DNA of 64,000 nucleotides from Candidatus Moraniibacteriota bacterium (lineage in GTDB: Bacteria; Patescibacteriota; Minisyncoccia; Moranbacterales; UBA1568). The stretch is from positions 309,458-373,457 of the forward strand of contig JAUSGT010000002.1 in the NCBI GenBank assembly GCA_030648835.1, in the 5' to 3' direction. Numbering within the stretch: the first letter of the stretch is position 1; every line of letters starts with the position of its first letter. Below the pieces are notes generated by a model that had not been told where the DNA came from, made no database searches, and saw nothing but the letters and a program-made list of their open reading frames with translations. This document shows positions 29,526-39,139 of this stretch, piece by piece. A program made the position numbers and the translations under genes.

Positions 29526-29616
29526 GTTTTTCCTTTTGTTTGAAGTTCACCTTTTTATCTTTTAGCCCTCTTATTGTTAAACAACATTGTCTTTATATCA
29601 GTAAAGGGGTGTTCTG

Positions 29617-29766
29617 TCAACCCCGCGCCTATTTTGCCGCTATTAGCATATCTTGTGTTTACAAATACCATTCGTTTTATTGAAATGACGGTGCTGGTCC
29701 GAATAGGACCGGGCTATTCGCCCGCGCACCGTACCTAAGGCAACGGCAAAATAGGTGCGGGGTCAA
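29617..29766. mobile_element. MITE copy 1: about 150 bp with 19-bp TIRs ccccgcgcctattttgccg / cggcaaaataggtgcgggg, flanked by TCAA
   Basis: TIRs and shared internal segment cgggcgaatagcccggtcctattcggacc (present here in reverse orientation) with copy at 41619-41769. Confidence 0.7.
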
Positions 29767-29804
29767 TCCCCGCCTCAGGGGGATTATTCTACCATCAAAA
29801 GCAA

Positions 29805-30605
29805 TCAAGAATTGGGGCTACAGGGGATGATTGGGAAATTGCCTATCCACTCATGGATGGCTTTTGTATAGGTGGGAGTGACTTTGGTCAAGAAAAATTC
29901 GCGCTGGGAGTCACGAGCGAGGACCTCTTCTATTTCCGCGTGTCTGACGAGATAACTTTTTAGTTTCTCTGGAATAATTTCTTCTTGGGCCAGGATATGC
30001 AAGTCGGGGAAAGCCTCACGCAGCTTAACTTTAAGAAGCCCATAGTGGGTGCATCCCAATATGAGCGTATCCGGATGAGACGGAAGGATTTTGTTTCGGA
30101 TGAGAGCAACCGCTTCTTCCTCAGCTTTTTGAAGCAGGCTTTGTTCGATGAGCGGGACAAGGGTGGGGGTGGCAAGAGTGATGACGTTGATTTGAGAATC
30201 AAGTTTCGAGAGTTCGCGATTGTATTTATCGGAATGAATGGTACGTTCGGTACCGATGATAGCTACCGTTTTAGATTTGTTAGTGATGACCGTTTCGACG
30301 GTAGGAATAATGACACCAAGTACTTTGCGATCGGGAAAAAATTCGGGAAGAAATTCATTTTGGATACGCCTGAGCGCTGTGACGGAGGCGGTGTTGCAGG
30401 CAAAGACTACCAGCTTACAGTCATGGTCAAAAAGCATTTGAAGGCTTTTCTTAACGAGCGTATATATTTCATCATCATTTTTTGTTCCGTACGGAACATT
30501 GACGGTATCGCCGAGGAAAACATAGTGATAGGCAGGCAGTTCTTGTATGACATGTCGTAAAACAAAGAGTCCGCCCAGACCTGAATCGAAAAATCCGATA
30601 TTCAT
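29805..30605 (-). CDS. murI: Glutamate racemase
   Basis: FDSGLGGL, ACNTAS and GCTHY catalytic Cys motifs. Confidence 0.85.
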   Translation of the reverse strand: MNIGFFDSGLGGLFVLRHVIQELPAYHYVFLGDTVNVPYGTKNDDEIYTLVKKSLQMLFDHDCKLVVFACNTASVTALRRIQNEFLPEFFPDRKVLGVIIPTVETVITNKSKTVAIIGTERTIHSDKYNRELSKLDSQINVITLATPTLVPLIEQSLLQKAEEEAVALIRNKILPSHPDTLILGCTHYGLLKVKLREAFPDLHILAQEEIIPEKLKSYLVRHAEIEEVLARDSQREFFLTKVTPTYTKAIHEWIGNFPIIPCSPNS

Positions 30606-30727
30606 CCCGTTAGAGATTATTATTTACTAAGCTATGATTTACAAGTCCAAAGCATATTTCCAGAACGAATCTTAAATCGTGAAGCAATCTCTAACGGGAT
30701 TCATATCTTTTGAGAAGTTACTTGAGG

Positions 30728-30874
30728 GTGCGCTCGGCAGAGAATCGGTCACAAATATTTTTCCTGACGGAAAAGTTTTTCGACTGCAGCGTTCCGACTT
30801 TCGATGCCTGACGTAAGTGAAGCAGCTCACTTACTCCTCAGCTCACTCACTTCATTCGTGTGCGCTCGGCAGGA
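30728..30874 (-). mobile_element. tRNA-linked mini-insertion (family A): about 14-bp duplication gtgcgctcggcag of the tRNA-Arg(CCG) 3' end flanking an approx. 120-bp element
   Basis: Direct repeat at 30728-30740 and 30860-30872; element end gctcactcacttcattcg matches the 33.8 kb copy. Confidence 0.55.
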
Positions 30875-30932
30875 ATCGAACCTGCATTTCATCCTTCGGA
30901 GGGATGTGTCTTATCCATTATACGACGAGCGC
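30861..30932 (-). tRNA. tRNA-Arg (anticodon CCG)
   Basis: gcgctcg/cgagcgc acceptor, anticodon stem catcc/ggatg with loop ctccgaa, T-arm ggttcgattcc. Confidence 0.75.
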
Positions 30933-31037
30933 GTAGCTTTCTTATACTAGCAATAAAAACCATTTAGGCAAAAGAAATGGGCCACGAGCAGGAATGTTGC
31001 CTGCAAGAGCCCAGTGTGATGAGTGGCGTGTGGTTCG

Positions 31038-31541
31038 TCATTGTTCTCTCACAAAGATGTTATAGCTGATTATGACGTTACCTCGTTTCAATCCTGTCAC
31101 CATGAGGTGAGCAAACTTTTTTTCTTTTTGACAGCGATATTTGACAAAAAAGGGAGTGTTGAAAAAACCGGGGCCTTTGTACGAAAGACAAATTGTCTCG
31201 CTGAGTGCTTTTTCTATGTGTGGTATCACCTCATTTTGCGAAAGTTCGACTATCTTGTCATTGCGTCCTGCGAAGCAGCTCCCGCCTAGGTTTGAGGCCA
31301 TGCTTTTTATTTCTACCTTAAATCCAGTGATGGAGCTGAGGAAAACCTCAAAAGTTTGGCGGTTCAGGCGTGATGTCGTGGTAGCGGGCCCGTAAATCAT
31401 CTCATCAGGATTCACTTTGTATTCCTTTGTTAAAGAGTGTGTATTCCCCCAATTATTTCTCGAGAAAGATTTCTTTGTGCGCTTGGCCCTCCTTCGTAAA
31501 ACTTCGGACGGGCGGGCAGGAAATTTCTTTGACAACTTCAA
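31038..31541 (-). CDS. Hypothetical protein
   Basis: 167-aa ORF in AT-rich segment; no motif recognised. Confidence 0.3.
   Translation of the reverse strand: MKLSKKFPARPSEVLRRRAKRTKKSFSRNNWGNTHSLTKEYKVNPDEMIYGPATTTSRLNRQTFEVFLSSITGFKVEIKSMASNLGGSCFAGRNDKIVELSQNEVIPHIEKALSETICLSYKGPGFFNTPFFVKYRCQKEKKFAHLMVTGLKRGNVIISYNIFVREQ
31477..31523. repeat. Repeat gtgcgcttggccctccttcgtaaaacttcggacgggcgggcaggaaa (copy 1)
   Basis: Direct copy (partly tandemly duplicated) at 32737-32813; the two bracket two small membrane-protein genes. Confidence 0.6.
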
Positions 31542-31575
31542 GTTTTTCTTTAGCGGCGCTATAAATCAGAAATAT

Positions 31576-32061
31576 TTATGTTGGATAAATTATTTGTTTT
31601 GCCAGAAAAAGATTTCGTGTACAGATATAAATGAGAGCAAAATCAAAGCCAATTGCCGTAGCATAATTGAAATAGTTCCAATAATTGGAATGGGAAAAAT
31701 AGTCAAATAGTTTTAAATTTGAATCAAAAAGAAATGGGTGGAAATTATTTGTCAGAGAAATTACTACGAAGAAGCCAATAAGGATCGCGTAATATTTATT
31801 GCGAGGGAAATTAATAATCAGATGAAAAATATAAACCAAAACCAATAATGTACTAAAAGCTGACAAGATTCCATATGGCATTCCGTATCCGGTGTAAAAA
31901 ATGGTGTGTATGATAGCCAAAAAGAAAGTGTTACCATTAATAGCCATTGACAAGCCAAAAACGGTTAGTAGGCCTCCCAAAAAAATCCATAGAGAATGTA
32001 AAACATAAATTGAAGCAATAATGCTCACTGCGACATCAGTTATCATTAAGATTTTTTTCAT
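31576..32061 (-). CDS. Polytopic membrane protein, hypothetical
   Basis: 161 aa, about 5 TM helices, AT-rich. Confidence 0.35.
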   Translation of the reverse strand: MKKILMITDVAVSIIASIYVLHSLWIFLGGLLTVFGLSMAINGNTFFLAIIHTIFYTGYGMPYGILSAFSTLLVLVYIFHLIINFPRNKYYAILIGFFVVISLTNNFHPFLFDSNLKLFDYFSHSNYWNYFNYATAIGFDFALIYICTRNLFLAKQIIYPT

Positions 32062-32170
32062 AATTTTATATTCTTAATTTATAAAAAACAACTTCGATTC
32101 TATGGTTAAAAGTTTTTCCCCTTAAAGTTAAAAAATATGGCCTGAGCGTGCGGAGTGCATACCCGCTCTT

Positions 32171-32713
32171 TTACAATTTAGATTGCCTTTTAGCTGCAAA
32201 ATATTCTATAGCACCTTTGATAAGTAGGACGATCCCCAATGGAATAGAAATAAATGATACGAAGAAAATTATTGTGCCTATAAACTCGAATAGGGAATTA
32301 ACTAAAGATGTCGGCTCAACGGAGTAAGTTGGAGGTGCTGAAAGTAAAGAAAGAATGGTCATCAAGAGATCAGGGACAAATATTAATGCAACACTAGGCC
32401 AAATGATACGCTTTGCTTGTTTGGGGTCATAGACAGTATCGGTGTCCGTCCCCTCTTTCTTCGAGAAAAGAAAACTTATAGCAGCAACCGCGGCGACTGT
32501 TAGACCTATAGGAAACGTAAAGAACACCATGAATGATATGTCTTGTTCTTGAAATAATAATTCTCGCAAGAACGGCCAGAATGCAAAAAGAAATCCACCA
32601 TAAACCCACATTCTTCGAGTCATAAAGAGTAGGTGATAAGTAATTTTGTAATTGTATGCATAAAAAATGTTCTCCCCACAAAATGTGAAACCACCAATTC
32701 GTTTTTGTCTCAA
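32171..32713 (-). CDS. Polytopic membrane protein, hypothetical
   Basis: 180 aa, 4-5 TM helices. Confidence 0.35.
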   Translation of the reverse strand: MRQKRIGGFTFCGENIFYAYNYKITYHLLFMTRRMWVYGGFLFAFWPFLRELLFQEQDISFMVFFTFPIGLTVAAVAAISFLFSKKEGTDTDTVYDPKQAKRIIWPSVALIFVPDLLMTILSLLSAPPTYSVEPTSLVNSLFEFIGTIIFFVSFISIPLGIVLLIKGAIEYFAAKRQSKL

Positions 32714-32736
32714 AACCCTTTAACTTTTCCTCTTTG

Positions 32737-32835
32737 GTGCGTTTGGCCCTCCTCCGTAAGACTTCGGACTGGTAAACCCTCCTTCGTAAAACTTCGGACG
32801 GGCGGGCAAGAAACTCCCTCGACTAAACTTCTGTC
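32737..32835. repeat. Composite repeat: 1.5 tandem copies of the 31477-type repeat followed by a truncated family-A element head (ctccctcgactaaacttctgtc) next to tRNA-Ser
   Basis: Read directly; shares gtcgactaaactt motif with tRNA-linked elements. Confidence 0.5.
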
Positions 32836-32873
32836 ATTCGTGTTGGCTTCTGCTTCTTTCGTTCGTTAACGTT

Positions 32874-32962
32874 GGCGGAGGCGGAAGGATTCGAACCTTC
32901 GATACCCTTTCGGGCATAACAGTTTTCAAGACTGTCTGTTTCAACCACTCACACACGCCTCC
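32874..32962 (-). tRNA. tRNA-Ser (anticodon UGA), long variable arm, CCA encoded
   Basis: ggaggcg/cgcctcc acceptor, anticodon stem acagt/actgt with loop cttgaaa, long extra arm. Confidence 0.75.
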
Positions 32963-33099
32963 TCTAAACACATTTTCCCTAAATACTTGCCATTTCATCC
33001 TAGCAAGTCGAACACGCTTTGTACAGACTTTTTTCCTCTCAAAAAAACACTGTTTTATGAAAAAATATGCTATAGTAAATAAGAATTAATGCCTTTCAT

Positions 33100-33621
33100 A
33101 TGCCACAAGATTTTTCCTCTGAAATGCCTCAACAAGAACACAACCTCTCTCCCGCCTATGGCGAGGTACTGCTTCATTGGCAAGCTCCGGAACACGAGCC
33201 CTTGGAACTCGGCCCCCGTTCGCGCATCATCGTTACAATTCTCCTTATCGCCATCATCGCCTATGCTCTCTACACCAACAGCCCGCTCATGGCTATCACC
33301 TTCATCCTGATTGGCGTCGTTGGTTACCTCTCGCTTTATCGTGAACCGCGCATTCTTTCTTTTTTTGTTACTGCCAAGGGCATCATTGCCGGTAATGAAT
33401 TCTATGAATTTGACACGCTCCAATCCTTTTTTATCTATACCGATCCGCCATTTGAAAATATCTTGAGCATCCAGACCGCGGGCAAACTTGTCCCCTATGT
33501 GCATATTCCGGCTATGACAGTCGATATCGATGTATTGCGTGATACGCTCGATGAGTTTATCCCCGAAGAAAAGCACGATCCCGGCTTAGTTGACACATTG
33601 GAGAAATTACTGCATATTTAA
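33100..33621 (+). CDS. Membrane protein, hypothetical
   Basis: 173 aa, two central TM helices. Confidence 0.4.
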   Translation: MPQDFSSEMPQQEHNLSPAYGEVLLHWQAPEHEPLELGPRSRIIVTILLIAIIAYALYTNSPLMAITFILIGVVGYLSLYREPRILSFFVTAKGIIAGNEFYEFDTLQSFFIYTDPPFENILSIQTAGKLVPYVHIPAMTVDIDVLRDTLDEFIPEEKHDPGLVDTLEKLLHI

Positions 33622-33625
33622 AAAT

Positions 33626-33655
33626 GCCTTCCAGAGGAAGGCTTTTGGTTTTAAA
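33626..33655 (+). terminator. Rho-independent terminator
   Basis: gccttcc aga ggaaggc stem then ttttggtttt. Confidence 0.6.
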
Positions 33656-33656
33656 T

Positions 33657-33729
33657 GCGCTTGTAGCTCAGTGGATAGAGCATCTGGTTGCGGTCCAGAG
33701 GGTCGCAGGTTCGATTCCTGCCAAGCGCA
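33657..33729 (+). tRNA. tRNA-Arg (anticodon read as GCG; unusual, ACG expected)
   Basis: gcgcttg/caagcgc acceptor, anticodon stem tctgg/ccaga with loop ttgcggt. Confidence 0.65.
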
Positions 33730-33894
33730 CACGAACGAAGTGAGTGAGCCGAAGAGCGAGTGAACTGTTTCACTCGCGCCAGGAATCGAACGCCGGAGTG
33801 TTATTTCGTCAGGAGACGAAATCACGAGGCGGTGCCTAGACAAACTTTTATGTCGACAAAAGTTTAGTCGAAGGAGTTTCCTGCCAAGCGCACA
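33715..33894 (+). mobile_element. tRNA-linked mini-insertion (family A): 17-bp direct repeat ttcctgccaagcgcaca (33715-33731 and 33878-33894) flanking a 146-bp element
   Basis: Element is about 85% identical (reverse complement) to the 8.5 kb copy, incl. hairpin gtcgacaaaagtttagtcga. Confidence 0.65.
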
Positions 33895-33907
33895 TTTCAA
33901 AAACTTT

Positions 33908-34252
33908 ATGGGCCAAATAACGGGGGATGATTTTGAGAAAGTGGATATTCGCGTCGGAAAGATTATTGAGGTTTTGGATTTTCCGGAGGCGCGTAAGCCG
34001 GCGTATAAGCTGAAAGTTGATTTCGGATCTGAAGTCGGCATCAAACAATCAAGCGTCCAAGCCGTCGGTGCGCACACGAAGGAGGAGCTTCTCGGATCGC
34101 TCGTGTGTTGCGTGGTCAACTTTCCGTCCAAACAGATAGGCCCGTTCACGTCCGAAGTCTTGACACTGGGTTTCAGAAACAACGCAGGCGAGGGATGGAT
34201 TCTTATTGAGCCCAAGAAAACTGCTGTCGATCTCGGTAGCAGACTTGCCTAG
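33908..34252 (+). CDS. tRNA-binding protein (CsaA/Trbp111-like EMAP domain)
   Basis: VDIRVGKIIEV...KPAYKLKVDFG motif of the tRNA-binding OB fold. Confidence 0.7.
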   Translation: MGQITGDDFEKVDIRVGKIIEVLDFPEARKPAYKLKVDFGSEVGIKQSSVQAVGAHTKEELLGSLVCCVVNFPSKQIGPFTSEVLTLGFRNNAGEGWILIEPKKTAVDLGSRLA

Positions 34253-34276
34253 AGGAATAGAAAAACTATTCACCGT

Positions 34277-35233
34277 TTGAACGAATTTCCAATATTGTTT
34301 TTTGCTTCCATGAAAGATTATTTTCCAATCAGAACCTCATCAGCTTTCGGCGTGCTGGAGCTGGTGTTGGCTTCTCTCATTCGCGGCTTTCAGGGGTTTT
34401 TCGTGCGTGTTACGGAGTGGACTCCGAATCATATCATTCCACTTGCTTTTTTTCGTTTATCTGTACCAGCAGCATTAATATATGTTTACCTATTCCTTAC
34501 TGGTAGACGAATACGAGGGATTTTTACCAAAGAAAAGCTGCCTCTGCATCTTATCTCGCTTCTTACAGCCATCAGGATGAGTTTTTTCTTTCTTGGCTAC
34601 GCCTACGCGGATTTGTCGAGTGCGACGCTTATATTTTTTGCCTCTGGGATTTTTATCACTCTTCTGGAGCCATTTTTTTTGAAAGAAAAGTTTTCTCGGC
34701 AAACACTGTGGCTGGCTCTTTTGGGATTTGTTGGTATCGCTTTTGTTTTTCTTGATCAAACCATATCGCTAAAAAGCGCGGGTTTTATCGGATTGGTCTT
34801 TATGGGCATTTCTTGTTTTTTGGTGATTTTTGAAAATATATGTAAGAAGAGTTTCATTGGACGAGCCTCAAATTTCGAGTGGGTCTTTTACCAGGGTTTT
34901 GTCAGCTCTCTTTTTCTTTCTGTCACTCTTTTCTTTTTTCCGCTTCCGGATGCCAGGGCATTTTTGTGGATTATGGCATTTGCTCTCATAATAGGGATAG
35001 GCGCTTTCGTGCTGGATATGTCTGCTATCCGTAAAGTACGGATTTCCGATTTATCCGTTGTCCGTTACGTCGAGCCGATTGCGACCATGTGTGTCGGATT
35101 CTTCCTGTATAACGAGGCGATAACTATGAACAAGTTGATCGGAGCGGTCCTTATTTTTTCATCCGTATACTTTGTTTTTAAGAAGCAGTCTATCCAGCGT
35201 ATGGAGCAAGAAATGAGTAATGTACCGCGCTAA
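34277..35233 (+). CDS. DMT/EamA-like permease
   Basis: 318 aa, about 10 TM helices in 5+5 arrangement. Confidence 0.45.
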   Translation: MNEFPILFFASMKDYFPIRTSSAFGVLELVLASLIRGFQGFFVRVTEWTPNHIIPLAFFRLSVPAALIYVYLFLTGRRIRGIFTKEKLPLHLISLLTAIRMSFFFLGYAYADLSSATLIFFASGIFITLLEPFFLKEKFSRQTLWLALLGFVGIAFVFLDQTISLKSAGFIGLVFMGISCFLVIFENICKKSFIGRASNFEWVFYQGFVSSLFLSVTLFFFPLPDARAFLWIMAFALIIGIGAFVLDMSAIRKVRISDLSVVRYVEPIATMCVGFFLYNEAITMNKLIGAVLIFSSVYFVFKKQSIQRMEQEMSNVPR

Positions 35234-36098
35234 TTGTTTTTTTATGGAGTTTTCTTGGTTTCCATTTTCTCTTGTTGCCACATTGTTTTTTGGTGTGGCA
35301 ATGGCTTTTTATAAACTCCCTTCAGCAAAAAATCACAATCGGTTTGTGGTCACTTTCTGGTCAATGACAATTCCGACTGTTTTAGCTTTTGCGTTTTTCC
35401 ATTCATATCTTTTTTTGAGTACGGGAGAGATGGTGGGGACGGCGCTTTTATGGGGAGTTACATTTGCTTGTATCGTCCTTCTCCAGATGTATGCGCTTCA
35501 CCATATTGATACCAATGTCTTGTTTCCTATTACCACGACTGCAAGCCTCATTATCACCGTTCTTATAGGAATACTTTTCTTTGGTGAACATATTTCTTCT
35601 ATTCAAACTCTTGGCGTCATTCTCGCAATCGTTACAATACTTTTGTTTCTTTACAAAGGCGGAAAACTTCAGTATTCTCGACTCCTCATTGGCGTCGGTT
35701 CCGGCATTGTTTTCATATCCGCCTTCAATAAAGTCTTGCAAAAAATCGTTGCTGACAGATTTGATATTCATGCTTTTCAAATTTATCAATATCTTTTCGC
35801 AGCAATATTTTCTTTACTGGTTTATTTGATTCTTCATCGGCGAGATTGGAAAACTCATATTTTTTCCGGCGGACTCGGCATCGGAAGCTTGATAGGTGTC
35901 TTTAGTTTTTTTGGTGGCTACTCGCTTTATCTAGCTCTCACAAAAGGCCCATTCTCACTGATTACTTCCATCCACTCACTTTATATTTTGATAACGGCAT
36001 TGACCGCGTATTTTCTTTTTCAGGAAAAGTTGACCCTTAAAAAGATTTTACTTCTCTTTCTTGCTATCGTTGCTGTGGTTCTCATTCGTATCGGATAA
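35220..36098 (+). CDS. DMT/EamA-like permease
   Basis: 292 aa, about 10 TM helices; overlaps upstream gene by 14 nt. Confidence 0.45.
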   Translation: MYRANCFFMEFSWFPFSLVATLFFGVAMAFYKLPSAKNHNRFVVTFWSMTIPTVLAFAFFHSYLFLSTGEMVGTALLWGVTFACIVLLQMYALHHIDTNVLFPITTTASLIITVLIGILFFGEHISSIQTLGVILAIVTILLFLYKGGKLQYSRLLIGVGSGIVFISAFNKVLQKIVADRFDIHAFQIYQYLFAAIFSLLVYLILHRRDWKTHIFSGGLGIGSLIGVFSFFGGYSLYLALTKGPFSLITSIHSLYILITALTAYFLFQEKLTLKKILLLFLAIVAVVLIRIG

Positions 36099-36118
36099 AT
36101 GTTGTTACAAATGAAGGT

Positions 36119-36850
36119 ATGAAAAAATTGTTGCTTATCATAATCGGCATCTTGATACTTGGAGTGGTTGGTTTTGTGTTGTTTGGGAAGAAACAGCCAG
36201 TGCAGGTCGGATGTACGATGGAGGCCAAGGTTTGTCCGGATGGGTCGGCGGTGGGACGCAGTGGTCCAACTTGCGAATTTGCACCGTGTCCCGATGTCTC
36301 GACGAAAACACCAACGGATGCGTCATCAAAAATAAGCGCACCGGAATTTGTGGCACCCCTTGAGAGAGCAGGAGAGCGTGTGACGAAAAAACCATTTGGC
36401 ATTTTTATCGATCCCAAGACGTCGCCGATCCAACCGGAGAAATTTCGAGGCTACCATACCGGAACAGATTTTGAGACTTTTCCGGAAGAAGCGAAGAGTG
36501 ATGTCCCTGTCCGTGCGATTTGTAGTGGTTCGCTTGAAACAAAACGCAGTGCGACAGGATATGGCGGAGTGGTTGTACAAAAATGCGAATTCAAAAATGA
36601 ACTAATCACAGTCATTTATGGGCATATGCGACTGACAAGCGTCGAAGCAGCTATCGGAAAAGATATAGCGGCCGGCGATATTATTGGTGTCTTGGGTACA
36701 GGTGGGAGCAAGGAGACCGATGGCGAGCGCAAGCATTTACATCTGGGGATTCACAAAGGGAACATGGTGAATATCCGCGGCTATATCGCTTCAAAATCAG
36801 AGCTCAGTGAGTGGCTCGATGCCTGCCAGCTTTTCAGCTGTTCTTTGTAG
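36119..36850 (+). CDS. Membrane-anchored M23 metallopeptidase
   Basis: N-terminal TM, YHTGTDF (HxxxD) and HLHLGIH (HxH). Confidence 0.7.
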   Translation: MKKLLLIIIGILILGVVGFVLFGKKQPVQVGCTMEAKVCPDGSAVGRSGPTCEFAPCPDVSTKTPTDASSKISAPEFVAPLERAGERVTKKPFGIFIDPKTSPIQPEKFRGYHTGTDFETFPEEAKSDVPVRAICSGSLETKRSATGYGGVVVQKCEFKNELITVIYGHMRLTSVEAAIGKDIAAGDIIGVLGTGGSKETDGERKHLHLGIHKGNMVNIRGYIASKSELSEWLDACQLFSCSL

Positions 36851-37210
36851 ACGAAAGCCTTTTAAAAATGCAGCGAGGGGGAAGTAAGTATACTCCCGCC
36901 CTCTAATTTCTGCTTAGTAGCGCCACCAGTGAGCGAAGTCGCTTTGCGTTTCTTGCCACCAGTTGATGACGATTCTCCGAAAGCAGAAACGCATGTGTCT
37001 GAACTCGCGGCGCGCTTTTTCGAAGGTCGTTACCTTTCGTAACGAATTGTATTTCATCTCTTTCTCCTCTCGCGGTCGGATTGCTGATAATGCTATTATA
37101 GCATGTCAGGGAGGGACCGAAGGAAATCGAGAGTACCTTTTTTGACTACAGTCAAGTAAAAAAATAGTGGTGTATAATAAATTTGTAAGAAAGATCTTAT
37201 AAATAGAAAT

Positions 37211-37798
37211 ATGGAGATACAGAGACCGCTATCAAGACAGCCGATACCGGATGACGCGAAATGCGTGTTCAAAGGTACGATGTTTGATGTGTATCAGTGG
37301 GAGCAGAGATTATTTAATGGGAGCAAAGCAATTTTTGAAAAAGTGAAACGTCCTGATACCGTCGTCGTTTTTCCTATCCTTCCGGATGGAAAAATTCTTC
37401 TGACGGAGCAGGAGCAGCCGGGCAAAGAGCCTTTCATCGGTGCGACGGGTGGGCGCGTGGACGAAGGCGAGGATGTTATGGCAGCAGCCAAGAGGGAATT
37501 ACTGGAAGAAAGCGGCTACGAGGCAGAGCAGTATATCTTGTGGCACGCGGAGCAGCCGGTAAGCAAGATGGAATGGGCGGTCTATGTTTTTATCGCGAAA
37601 GGATTGAAAAAAGTGGCAGGCCTTGATCTTGATGGGGGAGAGAAAATCACTCTGAAGCCCGTGACCTTCGACGAATTCATCGATCTTGGTACGCAGGAGA
37701 ATTTTTCGGAAAAAGAAATCGTTTTCAAGTTGTTGGAGGCTAAAGTCTACCCGGAAAAGAAAGAGGAACTACAAAAATTATTTGATGCAATCTTATGA
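37211..37798 (+). CDS. NUDIX hydrolase
   Basis: Nudix box GGRVDEGEDVMAAAKRELLEESG. Confidence 0.75.
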   Translation: MEIQRPLSRQPIPDDAKCVFKGTMFDVYQWEQRLFNGSKAIFEKVKRPDTVVVFPILPDGKILLTEQEQPGKEPFIGATGGRVDEGEDVMAAAKRELLEESGYEAEQYILWHAEQPVSKMEWAVYVFIAKGLKKVAGLDLDGGEKITLKPVTFDEFIDLGTQENFSEKEIVFKLLEAKVYPEKKEELQKLFDAIL

Positions 37799-38178
37799 AA
37801 ACGATCCTTGCCGATGCGGTGTATGCGTTCGTATCGGATAAAGGAGAAATATTTCAGCCGTTGTTTGAGCTGATGGAAAAATACCCGAATCGGAAAATTA
37901 TCTTGACGGGAGCCGACGACGAGCAGCACAAGGCATTTGGTTTGGACAAGATGCCGTATGAAGTTTTTACCTTGAAGCATAATCCGGAGAAGACCGATCC
38001 GGCGTATTACGAGAAGATGCTGCAGCGCTTCGGTTTAGGGAAAGAGAATGTTGTTTATTTTGAACACAATTTGGATGCGGTAAAAAGCGCCCAGTCCGTC
38101 GGCATCAAATCGTATCATTACGATCAGGAGAAAAAAGATTTGGTTGGTCTGAAAAATTTTCTGGATGAAAATCTCTAG
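37795..38178 (+). CDS. HAD-like hydrolase fragment/short form
   Basis: TGADDEQ motif; only 127 aa. Confidence 0.3.
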   Translation: MKTILADAVYAFVSDKGEIFQPLFELMEKYPNRKIILTGADDEQHKAFGLDKMPYEVFTLKHNPEKTDPAYYEKMLQRFGLGKENVVYFEHNLDAVKSAQSVGIKSYHYDQEKKDLVGLKNFLDENL

Positions 38179-38527
38179 CGCTATGCCGAAAGATGAATCG
38201 TTTCATGAGTACGTCGTTGATCTGCTTCGGAATTTTCCCGGGATTACCAGCCGAGGAATGTTTAGCGGATGGGCGCTGTATCAGGATGGTATAGTCTTCG
38301 CTCTCATTGCCGAGGGCGAGCTGTATTTCAAGTCGGATAAAAGTATTCAAATTTACTTTGAACAGGCGGACAGCCACCCGTTTGTTTATATGCGGAAAGA
38401 TTCCAAACCAATCACTCTAGCGTATTGGTCAGTGCCGGAGGAAGTATTGGAAGATGAAGAGGCACTTTCGTTGTGGACAGAGCGTTCGGTAGAAGCGAGT
38501 AAACGAGCCGGGAAAACCAAGGAGTAA
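38165..38527 (+). CDS. TfoX N-terminal domain protein
   Basis: GMFSGWALYQDGIVFALIAEGELYFK matches the TfoX_N core. Confidence 0.55.
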   Translation: MKISSAMPKDESFHEYVVDLLRNFPGITSRGMFSGWALYQDGIVFALIAEGELYFKSDKSIQIYFEQADSHPFVYMRKDSKPITLAYWSVPEEVLEDEEALSLWTERSVEASKRAGKTKE

Positions 38528-38615
38528 GAAAGGAAGAAAGGCGGCTTCCAAAGAACAGCTTTTTGCTGTATACTAGGGAGGTTCTTTTTTTAATCATTTT
38601 TAATACTACAAACCT

Positions 38616-39137
38616 ATGGAAAAAATATCCATGTACAATGTGACGGTGCCAAACTTTGTGAGAGTGCTCGGAAATCTGAAAAATATTTTGGTGAAGGCAC
38701 AAGCTTGGGCCGAAGAAAAGAAGATCGACGAAACGACTCTTTTGGGCGCGCGCTTGGCGTTGGATCAGTTTTCTTTCGTGAAACAGGTGCAGGTCGCGTC
38801 GGACAATGCCAAAGGCACGGCCGCCCGGCTCATCGGAGCCGAATCACCGATGATGGAGGATAACGAACAAACCATTGCCGCACTTGTGGAACGTATCGAA
38901 AAAACCATTGCCTATTTACAGACACTCAAACCCGAGCAATTCGAGGGGAGTGAGGAACGCCAGGTGACGCTCAAATATTTTCCGGGCAAGTACATACTCG
39001 GTTTGGACTACGTGAACGGATACGGACTGCCGAATTTTTATTTCCACGTGAATGTCGCTTATTCAATCCTTAGACACTACGGATTGTCCATCGGCAAGGC
39101 GGACTATATTGGAGACCTGCCTTTCAAGAATTTGTAA
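38616..39137 (+). CDS. DUF1993-family protein
   Basis: N-terminal YNVTVPNFVRVLGNLKNILVKA pattern. Confidence 0.5.
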   Translation: MEKISMYNVTVPNFVRVLGNLKNILVKAQAWAEEKKIDETTLLGARLALDQFSFVKQVQVASDNAKGTAARLIGAESPMMEDNEQTIAALVERIEKTIAYLQTLKPEQFEGSEERQVTLKYFPGKYILGLDYVNGYGLPNFYFHVNVAYSILRHYGLSIGKADYIGDLPFKNL

Positions 39138-39139
39138 TA

